DNA of 64,000 bases, from assembly GCA_965279525.1 (NCBI GenBank), contig CBDIIB010000005.1, positions 1,472,001 through 1,536,000 on the forward strand. Reading direction: 5' to 3'. How positions within the stretch are numbered: position 1 is the first letter of the stretch; every line of letters starts with the position of its first letter. Of the stretch, positions 50,221 through 58,818 are shown piece after piece. A program made the position numbers and the translations under genes. The DNA comes from Tagaea sp. GTDB lineage: Bacteria > Pseudomonadota > Alphaproteobacteria > CACIAM-22H2. The notes beneath the pieces were generated by a model, which was given only the letters and a program-made list of their open reading frames with translations, searched no databases and was not told the origin of the DNA.

Positions 50221-50684
50221 TTGCGCTGTTCCTCGTCGAGCAAGGCGGCGAGGCGCTTCTCCTCGTCGGCCGAAAGCGGCACGGCTGCCGCCTGTGCGGC
50301 CGGCCGCCGGCGGCGCAGATAGACGAAGGCGCCCGCCGCCGCCAGTGCGAGCACCGCGAACGGCCCGTACCACAGCACGTAGGTGTCGACGCGTACCGGC
50401 GGCTTCAGCAGCACGTAGTCGCCGTAGCGCTGCGTGACATAGGCGAGTACGGCCGCGTTGCTGTCGCCTTGCGCGATGCGTTCGCGCACGAGGCGGCGCA
50501 GGTCGGCGGCGAGCGGCGCGTTCGAATCGTCGATCGCCTGGTTCTGGCACACGAGGCAGCGCAGTTCCTGCCCCAGCACGCGCGCACGCGCCTCCAGTGC
50601 GGGATCGGAGAGCATCTCGTGCGGCAGCACGGCCATGGCCGGGCCGCCAAGCAGCGAGACGAGAAGTACGAGGACGTATCTCAT
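50217..50684 (-). CDS. ccmH: Cytochrome c biogenesis protein CcmH/CycL
   Basis: LRCLVCQNQ and RYGDYVLLKPP. Confidence 0.95.
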   Translation of the reverse strand: MRYVLVLLVSLLGGPAMAVLPHEMLSDPALEARARVLGQELRCLVCQNQAIDDSNAPLAADLRRLVRERIAQGDSNAAVLAYVTQRYGDYVLLKPPVRVDTYVLWYGPFAVLALAAAGAFVYLRRRRPAAQAAAVPLSADEEKRLAALLDEEQRK

Positions 50685-51220
50685 GACTCGCGCCGCAGCT
50701 TCTGGACGAGCGGCATCAGCGTGCGCTCGAGCACGTCGGGCGTGATGGCACCGACATGGCGGTAGCGGATCGTGCCGTGCCGGTCCACGACGAAGGTTTC
50801 CGGTGCGCCATAGACGCCCCAGTCGACGGCCACGCGGTTCTCGAAATCCCAGCCGATCGCGCGATAGGGGTTGCCGAGATCGGCGAGCCACCGCGCGGCG
50901 TCGGCCGCCTTGTCCTTGTAGTTGATGCCGTAGATCGGCACGTCGCCGTCGCGTGCCAGGCGCATCAGGATCGGATGCTCGACGCGGCACGGCGGGCACC
51001 ACGACGCGAACACGTTGACGAGCGACACCTCGCGCGCGAGTGCCGCCGACGCGAGACCGGGGCGGTCCACGCCGGCGACCGCCGGCAGGTCGAACACCGG
51101 CACCGGCCGGTCGATCAGCGCACTGGGGATGTGCTGGGGATCGCGCGTCAGGCCGAAGCCCAGATAGCCGGCCAGCACAGCGAACAGCGCCAGCGGCAGG
51201 AAAAACAGGACCCGCTTCAT
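50681..51220 (-). CDS. ccmG: Thiol:disulfide interchange protein CcmG/DsbE
   Basis: ASWCPPCRVEHP and GVYGAPETF. Confidence 0.95.
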   Translation of the reverse strand: MKRVLFFLPLALFAVLAGYLGFGLTRDPQHIPSALIDRPVPVFDLPAVAGVDRPGLASAALAREVSLVNVFASWCPPCRVEHPILMRLARDGDVPIYGINYKDKAADAARWLADLGNPYRAIGWDFENRVAVDWGVYGAPETFVVDRHGTIRYRHVGAITPDVLERTLMPLVQKLRRES

Positions 51221-53250
51221 TCGGCCGCCGACGGCAAGGCGGCACCGTCGCCCGTGCGGCGCGGGGCACCCACGCGGTGGCGCCGGTCGGTCAGCGACAC
51301 GATGCCGCCCAGCACCATCGCGCACGCTCCCAGCCAGATCCACGGGACGAGCGGGTTGTGATAGATGCGCACGGTCCACGCCGTTTCGGGCGTCGTAGGC
51401 GCCAGGAACGCGGGCATGTTGCCGGCCGGTGCGGCAAGTTCCGGATCGCCGATGGTCGCGTAGAGATCGGCAAGCAGGTTGGTGCGGATCGCCGTCTCGG
51501 TCGTCGCCGTGCCCGCGACCGGGAACCAGCGCCGCTCGGGTGCCAGCACGGCAAGGAGCCTGTCGTCGAGATAGACCTCGAACGTGCCGCGCACGGCGAG
51601 GAAGTTCGGCCCCTCGACGCGCGAAGCCCCCTTGAAGACGAAGTTGTAGCCCGCCACGTCGAACGCGTCGCCGGCCTTGGCCAGGCGGATCACTTCGGTC
51701 TGCCACGCGGTCACGCCGGCGATGCCCATCACGGTCAGCCCCATGCCGGCGTGCGCGATGGTCATTCCCCAGCTCGCGCGCGGCAGGTTGAGGGCGCGCG
51801 ACAGCACGGTGCCGGCGGGGGCGCGGAACAGCCGCACGCGTTCGGCCCATTCGACGGCGGCACCGAAGAACAGCCACGCCGCCAGCCCCATCGCGAGGGC
51901 GGCGTACACGGAGCGGCGGTCGTCGGTCCAGTAGACGGCCGCGACGATGGCGATCGAGATGAAGATCGCCGCGCGCAGGCGCTGGAGTGCGCCGCCAAGG
52001 TCGCCGCGCTTCCAGCCCATCATCGGGCCGATGCCCACGGCGAGCAGCAGCGGGATCATCAGCGGCACGAACGTGGCGTTGAAGAAAGGCGGGCCGACCG
52101 AAACCTTGGCGCCGCCCACCGCTTCGAGGAACAAGGGATAGAGCGTGCCGATGAAGACGGTCGCGGCTGCCGTGGCGAGCAGCACGTTGTTGAGGACGAG
52201 GGCCCCCTCGCGGCTGATCGGCTGGAACAGGCCGCCGCCCTTCAGCATGGGGGCCCGCCACGCGTACATCGCGAGCGAGCCGCCGATGGCGACGACGAGG
52301 ATGGCGAGGATGAAAACGCCGCGCTCGGGATCGACCGCGAAGGCATGCACCGAGGTGAGCACGCCCGAGCGCACGAGGAACGTGCCGACCAGCGAGAGCG
52401 CGAAGGCGAGGATGGCGAGCAGGATCGTCCAGGTCTTCAGCGCGTCGCGCTTTTCCGCGACGATGGCCGAATGCAGCAGCGCGCAGCCCACCAGCCAGGG
52501 CATGAAGCTCGCGTTCTCGACCGGGTCCCAATACCACCAGCCGCCCCAGCCGAGCTCGTAATAGGCCCACCACGAACCCAGCGCGATGCCCAGCGTGAGG
52601 GCGGCCCACGCGGCAAGCGTCCAGGGGCGCACCCAGCGCGCCCACGCGGCATCCACGCGCCCCTCGATGAGGGCGGCCATCGCGAAGGCGAAGACGATCG
52701 AGAAACCGACATAGCCGAAATAGAGGAACGGCGGATGGAAGGCGAGGCCGGGATCCTGCAGGAGCGGGTTGAGATCGTTGCCGTCCGCCGGCGGCGGCAT
52801 CACGCGCTCGAACGGGTTCGACGTGAACACGATGAAGGCGAGGAACGCCACGCCGATCATGCCCTGGATGGCGAGCGTGCGCGCCTTCAGCCCCGGCGGC
52901 AGGTTGCGCCCGAAGGCCGCGACCATGGCGCCGAACAGCCCGAGGATCAGCGACCACAGCACCATCGAGCCTTCGTGGTTTCCCCACGCGCCCGACACCT
53001 TGTAGAGCATGGGCTTGGCCGAGTGCGAGTTCATCACGACGTTCTTGACGGTGAAGTCCGACACGACGAACGAATAGACGAGGCAGCCGAACGCGACGGC
53101 CACGAGCGCGAACTGGAGGAGGGCGGCGGGCTTGGCAAGTGCCGTCAAGGCAGGTTCGCCCGTCTGCGCGCCGACCAGCGGCAGCACCGACTGCACGAGC
53201 GCCACGCAAAGCGCCAGGACGAGCGCGTAATGGCCGAGTTCCGCGATCAC
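51217..53250 (-). CDS. ccmF: Heme lyase CcmF
   Basis: WGNHEGS, HPP, WAYYELGWGGWWYWDPVENAS and SVHAF. Confidence 0.97.
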   Translation of the reverse strand: MIAELGHYALVLALCVALVQSVLPLVGAQTGEPALTALAKPAALLQFALVAVAFGCLVYSFVVSDFTVKNVVMNSHSAKPMLYKVSGAWGNHEGSMVLWSLILGLFGAMVAAFGRNLPPGLKARTLAIQGMIGVAFLAFIVFTSNPFERVMPPPADGNDLNPLLQDPGLAFHPPFLYFGYVGFSIVFAFAMAALIEGRVDAAWARWVRPWTLAAWAALTLGIALGSWWAYYELGWGGWWYWDPVENASFMPWLVGCALLHSAIVAEKRDALKTWTILLAILAFALSLVGTFLVRSGVLTSVHAFAVDPERGVFILAILVVAIGGSLAMYAWRAPMLKGGGLFQPISREGALVLNNVLLATAAATVFIGTLYPLFLEAVGGAKVSVGPPFFNATFVPLMIPLLLAVGIGPMMGWKRGDLGGALQRLRAAIFISIAIVAAVYWTDDRRSVYAALAMGLAAWLFFGAAVEWAERVRLFRAPAGTVLSRALNLPRASWGMTIAHAGMGLTVMGIAGVTAWQTEVIRLAKAGDAFDVAGYNFVFKGASRVEGPNFLAVRGTFEVYLDDRLLAVLAPERRWFPVAGTATTETAIRTNLLADLYATIGDPELAAPAGNMPAFLAPTTPETAWTVRIYHNPLVPWIWLGACAMVLGGIVSLTDRRHRVGAPRRTGDGAALPSAAE

Positions 53251-53717
53251 TTGGCGGTACCCGTCGTTTCCTGCCAGCGGCCCGAGCGCTTGAGCGCCTC
53301 GGCCACTTCGGCCGGCATGTAGTTCTCGTCGTGGCGGGCCAGCACTTCGCCGGCGCGGAACGTGCCGTCGGCCGAAAGCTTGCCGTTGGCGACCACGCCC
53401 TGTCCTTCGCGGAACAGGTCGGGCAGCACGCCGACATAGGCGACGGGGATCGCATGCTCGAGATCGGTCACCTTGAAGCGCACCTCGGCCGAGCCCGCGA
53501 CGCGTTCGACCGAGCCGACCTCGACCAGACCGCCGATGCGCATCTGCCGGTCGATCGGCACCTTGCGCGCCGCGATGTCGCTGGGCGTATGGAAGAACAC
53601 GAGATGGTCGTCGAACGCGGTCAGCGTCAGGGCGGCCGCGGTCGCAAGGCCGAGGCCCGCGAGCAGCAGCACCATCATCCGCCGGCGCTTTGCGGTGCGC
53701 GCCTTGGGAAGTTTCAT
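53247..53717 (-). CDS. ccmE: Heme chaperone CcmE
   Basis: LPDLFREGQG and LARHDENYMP. Confidence 0.97.
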   Translation of the reverse strand: MKLPKARTAKRRRMMVLLLAGLGLATAAALTLTAFDDHLVFFHTPSDIAARKVPIDRQMRIGGLVEVGSVERVAGSAEVRFKVTDLEHAIPVAYVGVLPDLFREGQGVVANGKLSADGTFRAGEVLARHDENYMPAEVAEALKRSGRWQETTGTAK

Positions 53718-53878
53718 GGCCGCGAATCCTTGCCGTCTTCCGCCGCCGCAAGCTCGCGCTCGAGTGCGCGCAGGTGGCGCCAGCTTCCCGCGGCGATCGC
53801 GACGAGCACGGCGGCCGTCAGCGCGTAGGCCGGCCAGACGAAGGCGGCATAGCCGCCCATGTCGAAAAACGCCGCCAT
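53714..53878 (-). CDS. ccmD: Heme exporter protein CcmD
   Basis: MGGYAAFVWPAY followed by a TM segment; lies between ccmC and ccmE. Confidence 0.92.
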   Translation of the reverse strand: MAAFFDMGGYAAFVWPAYALTAAVLVAIAAGSWRHLRALERELAAAEDGKDSRP

Positions 53879-54624
53879 CACGCACGCTCCGGCATCGCGG
53901 TCCCGGCGACGCGGGCCTGCTGCAGCACCGCGATGCGCCGCTCGATGAGGCCCGCGCGCATGCGCACCAGCGTTACCGCGACGAAGAACAGCGTGTAGCC
54001 GATCGCCATCGCCAGCAGCGGCAGCAGCATCGAGGAATGGATCGCCGGCGCGTCGAGCCTGGTGACCGACGCGGGCTGGTGCAGCGTGTTCCACCAGTCG
54101 ACCGAGAACTTGATGACCGGCAGGTTGACCGCACCCACGAGTGCGAGCACCGCGGATGCGCGCGCGCCGCGTTCGGCTTCGTCGAACGCCGAGTTGAGCG
54201 CCATGTAGGCAAGATAGATGAAGAACAGGATCAGCACCGACGTGAGGCGCGCGTCCCACACCCACCACGTCCCCCACATCGGCTTGCCCCACAGCGAACC
54301 AGTGACGAGGCACAGGAACGTGAACGCGGCCCCCACCGGTGCCATCGCGCGTCCGGCCACGTCGGCGAGCGGATGGCGCCACACGAGCGTCGCGGCACCG
54401 GCAAGGGCAAGGTTCGTGTAGACGAACATCGCCATCCACGCCGCGGGCACGTGCACGTACATGATGCGCACCGTCTCGCCCTGCTGGTAATCGGCCGGCG
54501 ACACGAACAGCGCGTTCCACAATCCGAGCCCCAGGAAAAGCGCCGCGCCGCCCGCCATCCACGGCAGCAGCCGGTCGGAGAGACGCTTGAAATTCGCCGG
54601 ACTTGCGTAGCGGTGCCAGTTCAA
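53878..54624 (-). CDS. ccmC: Heme exporter protein CcmC
   Basis: YVHVP, WGKPMWGTWWVWDARLTS and WWNTLHQ; probable TTG start. Confidence 0.95.
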   Translation of the reverse strand: MNWHRYASPANFKRLSDRLLPWMAGGAALFLGLGLWNALFVSPADYQQGETVRIMYVHVPAAWMAMFVYTNLALAGAATLVWRHPLADVAGRAMAPVGAAFTFLCLVTGSLWGKPMWGTWWVWDARLTSVLILFFIYLAYMALNSAFDEAERGARASAVLALVGAVNLPVIKFSVDWWNTLHQPASVTRLDAPAIHSSMLLPLLAMAIGYTLFFVAVTLVRMRAGLIERRIAVLQQARVAGTAMPERA

Positions 54625-54724
54625 AAATGTAGTCCCTTCGCTGCCTTGCCGATCGGCCGGGAGTATTGCGCGGCGGGGCGCATTTTCCAACCCAAACGGG
54701 GCGACATAAGGGCGCAAGGCCCGG

Positions 54725-55390
54725 TCATTCGCTGGCCTGGCGCAGCGATGCCGCCATGGCGAAAGGGGCGAGCGTCAGCGCGAACACGCCGAGCCCGGAA
54801 AGCAGGAACAAATGGGGCCGCACGGGCAGGCCGGCGACTGCCGCCTCCACCGCCGCGACCGCGAAGATCAATACCGGCACATAGAGCGGCAGCACGATCA
54901 GGGCAAGGAGGGCGCCGCCTTTTCGTGCCCCCACCGACAGTGCGGCACCGATCCCGCCCATCAGCGACAGCGTCGGCGTGCCGAGCAGCAGCGTGGCCAG
55001 CAGCGTGCCGTAGGCCTCGGCCGGCAGCTGCAGCATCATCGCGACGAGTGGCGACACGACGATCAGCGGCAGCGCCGTCGTCAGCCATTGTGCGGCGCAC
55101 TTGGCCAGCGCCAGCAGCTCGAGCGGGGCAGGGGCGAGGACGAGCTGCTCGAGGCTGCCGTCGTCGGCCTCGGCCTGGAACAGCCGGTCGAGCGACAGCA
55201 GGCAGGCGAGCAGGGCGACCACCCACACGATGCCGACCGCCACGCGCGCCAGCACCTGCGGCTCGGGTCCGATGCCGAAGGCGAAAAGTGTTGCCGCGAT
55301 GACGAAGAACGCGAGGATCGTCAGCGTCTCGGCCGGCGTGCGCAGCGCCAGCTTCACGTCGCGCGCGACGAGGGCGAAGGCGGCGTTCAC
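54725..55390 (-). CDS. ccmB: Heme exporter protein CcmB
   Basis: LF..E.DDGSLE and LPLYVPVLIF. Confidence 0.95.
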   Translation of the reverse strand: MNAAFALVARDVKLALRTPAETLTILAFFVIAATLFAFGIGPEPQVLARVAVGIVWVVALLACLLSLDRLFQAEADDGSLEQLVLAPAPLELLALAKCAAQWLTTALPLIVVSPLVAMMLQLPAEAYGTLLATLLLGTPTLSLMGGIGAALSVGARKGGALLALIVLPLYVPVLIFAVAAVEAAVAGLPVRPHLFLLSGLGVFALTLAPFAMAASLRQASE

Positions 55391-56019
55391 TTGGCCGTCC
55401 CCAGCGTCAGCGTGCGCGCGTCGGCACCCGCGAAATCCAGATGCGTGGCCGCGATGACGATGCCACCGCCGGCCCGGTGGTGCGCGATGGCGCGCGCAAG
55501 ACTGCCGGTCGCCGCCTCGTCGAGGCCGTTGGTCGGCTCGTCGAGCAGCCACAGCCGGGCCGGGGCCGCGAGCAGGCGCGCAAGGGCCGCGCGCCGGCGC
55601 TGGCCCTGGCTCAGGAAACGCGCGGGAACGTCGGCAAGTGCGCCAAGCCCGAACGCGTCGAGGGCTGCCGCCGGATCGCCGCCGGCGGCACCGCGCAGGG
55701 CGGCGTGGAACGCGATGTGTTCGCCAAGCGTCAGCGTGGGCTTGAGCGCGTCGTTATGGCCGACGAAATGCAGCCGCGCGCGGTGGCCGGCCGGATCCCC
55801 GGCAACGTCTTCGCCGTCCCACGCGAGCGTGCCGTCGGCGGGGCCGAGCAGGCCCGCCAGCACGCGCAGCAGGCTCGACTTGCCCGTCCCGTTGGCACCG
55901 CGCAGCACGACGAGGTCGCCCGGCCGCGCGTGCAGGCCGACATCGCGGAACACCAGCCGGCCGCCGCGACGGCAGGCGAGTGCTTGCCCTTCGAGGCCAG
56001 CGGTCGAATCCGTGTTCAT
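55387..56019 (-). CDS. ccmA: Heme ABC exporter ATP-binding protein CcmA
   Basis: GANGTGKS, LSQGQRRR and WLLDEP. Confidence 0.93.
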   Translation of the reverse strand: MNTDSTAGLEGQALACRRGGRLVFRDVGLHARPGDLVVLRGANGTGKSSLLRVLAGLLGPADGTLAWDGEDVAGDPAGHRARLHFVGHNDALKPTLTLGEHIAFHAALRGAAGGDPAAALDAFGLGALADVPARFLSQGQRRRAALARLLAAPARLWLLDEPTNGLDEAATGSLARAIAHHRAGGGIVIAATHLDFAGADARTLTLGTAK

Positions 56020-56036
56020 CGGCGAGAGATTAGCGG

Positions 56037-56082
56037 AAAAAAAGTGGCGGATACGAACCGTACATCCGGGCCCGTATCCGCC
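56037..56082 (-). terminator. Intrinsic terminator directly upstream of ccmA
   Basis: GGCGGATACG / CGTATCCGCC 10-bp stem followed by T7 on the minus strand. Confidence 0.75.
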
Positions 56083-56416
56083 TTCGCACAAGTTCCCGGC
56101 TGGGGCTGGAGTCCGGGGAGCTCCAGTCGGGTAAATAAGTCGGCAACAAGTTGCGTGCGCGATCGCAGTGGACTTGCCGATGGTCCAATAAAACGCGACC
56201 GCCACGGCTTTATTCGGGCCGCTTTATGGCCGAAACGTGAAATCGCACCGGGGCGACAAGTTATGCGGATTTTGTAATCATTATCGAATAGTTAATGCAT
56301 GAAACGCATGTCTCGGCTGTGTGCAATGCAGCGTGAAATTCAGATTTCAGTCACGATTGAGGTCCATATTGCTCCCATCGGACGCCGGACATGACCGGTG
56401 CCGTTTGGAGATCAAA

Positions 56417-56545
56417 ATGCTCGCGTTCGCAGCCCTCGCCGCCATTCCCGCCGTCATCGCCCTGCTCGCGATGGCGCATGACGTGATCGACGAGTCGTTC
56501 GTCGTCACCAACCCGGCGTTGATGGCAGCGGCCGCCGGCCGCTGA
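56417..56545 (+). CDS. 42-aa small hydrophobic protein
   Basis: GGAG RBS; MLAFAALAAIPAVIALLAMAHDVIDESFVVTNPALMAAAAGR; AT-rich upstream region. Confidence 0.55.
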   Translation: MLAFAALAAIPAVIALLAMAHDVIDESFVVTNPALMAAAAGR

Positions 56546-56557
56546 GCTGCCGGGCGT

Positions 56558-57802
56558 CTAATCGAACTTCCGCACGTCCTCGATCACCTTGCCGTCGTTC
56601 GGCAGGGTGCCGGGGGCGGTGAATTCGATGGCGCCCTTCATCTTCGTGACGGACTGAAGCGCCTCGGCGAGTTTCGCCGCGAGGCCCGCATCCGCCACCC
56701 CCTCGACCTTCAGCGTCATCGTGTCGTTGTCGCCCTCGCGCGCCACGACAAGACGGTATTTCGCGATCCCGTGCCGCTTGGCCGCCTCGGCCACCTGGCC
56801 CGGATGGACGAACATGCCCTTCACCTTCGTGGTCTGGTCGGCCCGTCCCATCCAGCCGCGCAGGCGCCGGTTGGTGCGACCGCACGATGAGGTGCCGGGC
56901 ACGAACATCGATAGATCCCCGGTCCCGAAGCGGATCAGCGGATAGTCGGGATTGAGCGTCGTCACGACGACCTCGCCCACTTCGCCGTCGGCCAGCGCTT
57001 CGCCGGTTCCCGGCCGCACGATCTCGACCACCAGCCATTCGTCGAGGATCAGCCCCGCGTCGGGTACGCTCTCGTAGCCGATCAGGCCGAGATCGGCCGA
57101 CGCATAGCATTGGCGAAGGGAAATCCCCTTGGCGTCCATCTCGCCGCGCAGCGCCTTTGGCACCGCCTCGCCGGACACGAGGGCGAGCTTCAGGCTCGAC
57201 ATGTCGGCCTGAAGCTCCGCGCCTTTTTCCAGAACGATCTTCAGGAACGACGGCGTGCCGACGTAGCCCTTCGGGCGGATGTCGGCGATCGCGCGCACCT
57301 GCTGTTCGGTGTTGCCGGTTCCCGCCGGCACGACCGGACAGCCGATGGCGTGGGCGCCCATTTCAAGCATCGAGCCCGCCGGCGTCAGGTGATAGCTGAA
57401 GCAGTTGTGCACGATGTCGCCGCGCCGGAACCCGGTCGCCCAGAGTGCGCGCGCCAGCCGCCAATAGTCGGGGCGCATCGCCTCGGGATCGTAGATGGGG
57501 CCGGGCGACATGAAGATGCGGCCCAGATGCTTGGTCTTGATCGCCGTCAGCCCGCCGAACGGATCGCGCGCCTCGAAGCGCTTCTTCTGTAGCTCGATGA
57601 GATCGCCCTTGCGCACGACTGGCAGCTTCGAAAGGGCCGCACGGTCGGTCACGCGCGACGGATCGACGTCTGCCAAAGTCTCGGCGAAATGCGGCGCGTT
57701 GGCCTTCGCGTTCTCGATCTGGTTGCGCAGGTCGGCGAAGTGCCGGTCCTCGCGCAGGGAAGGATCGCGGGTTTCCAGATCGTCGAAATATTCCGATGTC
57801 AT
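56558..57802 (-). CDS. Phenylacetate-CoA ligase family protein
   Basis: SPGPIYDPE, YVGTPSFL, YPLIRFGTGDLS and GRADQTTKVKG. Confidence 0.88.
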   Translation of the reverse strand: MTSEYFDDLETRDPSLREDRHFADLRNQIENAKANAPHFAETLADVDPSRVTDRAALSKLPVVRKGDLIELQKKRFEARDPFGGLTAIKTKHLGRIFMSPGPIYDPEAMRPDYWRLARALWATGFRRGDIVHNCFSYHLTPAGSMLEMGAHAIGCPVVPAGTGNTEQQVRAIADIRPKGYVGTPSFLKIVLEKGAELQADMSSLKLALVSGEAVPKALRGEMDAKGISLRQCYASADLGLIGYESVPDAGLILDEWLVVEIVRPGTGEALADGEVGEVVVTTLNPDYPLIRFGTGDLSMFVPGTSSCGRTNRRLRGWMGRADQTTKVKGMFVHPGQVAEAAKRHGIAKYRLVVAREGDNDTMTLKVEGVADAGLAAKLAEALQSVTKMKGAIEFTAPGTLPNDGKVIEDVRKFD

Positions 57803-57880
57803 GCCGTCTTTCCCCGCTCGCCCGAATCGCCGGCCGCAAGCGTGTCGGACGGCGCCGGCCGCTTCAAGCGCCAAATCGCT

Positions 57881-58732
57881 TCAGGCAAGCCAGCGCTTGC
57901 GCCGCTTGTAATGCTTGATGTCGCGGAACGACTTGCGCCCGCCGGCGGCGATGCCGAGGTAGAATTCCTTGACGTCCTCGTTGCCGCGCAGCGTTTCGGC
58001 CGAGCCGTCGAGCACGACGCGGCCGTTCTCCAGGATGTAGCCGTAATGCGCGTGGCGCAGCGCGATCGACGTGTTCTGCTCGGCCAGCAGCAGCGACACG
58101 CCCTGCTCGCGGTTGAGCTTGACGACGATCTCGAAGATCTCCTCGACCAGCTGCGGAGCAAGGCCCATCGAGGGTTCGTCGAGCAGGATCATGTCGGGTT
58201 TGCTCATCAGCGCGCGGCCGATGGCCGTCATCTGCTGCTCGCCGCCCGACGTGTAGCCGGCCTGCGACTTGCGCCGTTCTTTCAGGCGCGGGAAGTAGCC
58301 GTAGACCATCTCGAGATCGCGCGCGATGGCGGCACGCCCCTCGGTGCGGGTGTAGGCACCCGTCATCAGGTTTTCCTCGACGGTGAGATGGCCGAAGCAG
58401 TGCCGGCCCTCCATCACCTGGATCACGCCGCGCTTCACGAGGTCGTTGGGCGTCATCCCGTCGATGCGCTCGCCCTTGTATTCGACCGAGCCCTTGGTGA
58501 CCTCGCCGCGCTCGGCGCGCAGCAGGTTGGAAATGGATTTGAGCGTGGTGGACTTGCCCGCCCCGTTGGCGCCGAGCAGGGCGACGATGCCGCCCTTGGG
58601 CACTTCGAGGCTCACACCCTTCAGCACCAGAATCACATGGTCGTAGATGACCTCGACGTTCTTGACCTCCAGCAGCGGCTTTTCGCGCGGGGTCCCGAGT
58701 TTGCGTTCGAGTTCGGCGGCTTGGGATGTCAT
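57881..58732 (-). CDS. LivF-type ABC transporter ATP-binding protein
   Basis: GANGAGKST, SGGEQQM, LDEPSMGLAP and AEQN. Confidence 0.93.
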   Translation of the reverse strand: MTSQAAELERKLGTPREKPLLEVKNVEVIYDHVILVLKGVSLEVPKGGIVALLGANGAGKSTTLKSISNLLRAERGEVTKGSVEYKGERIDGMTPNDLVKRGVIQVMEGRHCFGHLTVEENLMTGAYTRTEGRAAIARDLEMVYGYFPRLKERRKSQAGYTSGGEQQMTAIGRALMSKPDMILLDEPSMGLAPQLVEEIFEIVVKLNREQGVSLLLAEQNTSIALRHAHYGYILENGRVVLDGSAETLRGNEDVKEFYLGIAAGGRKSFRDIKHYKRRKRWLA

Positions 58733-58752
58733 GCGGGTGCTGTCCGGCAAAT

Positions 58753-58783
58753 AAAAAGGGGCGGACCGTTTCCGGCCCGCCCC
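58753..58783 (-). terminator. Hairpin/terminator after the substrate-binding protein gene
   Basis: GGGGCGGGCCG-GAAA-CGGTCCGCCCC-TTTTT on the minus strand. Confidence 0.8.
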
Positions 58784-58818
58784 GTCAGGCTAGGATCCCT
58801 GGACCACTGACGGGTCCT

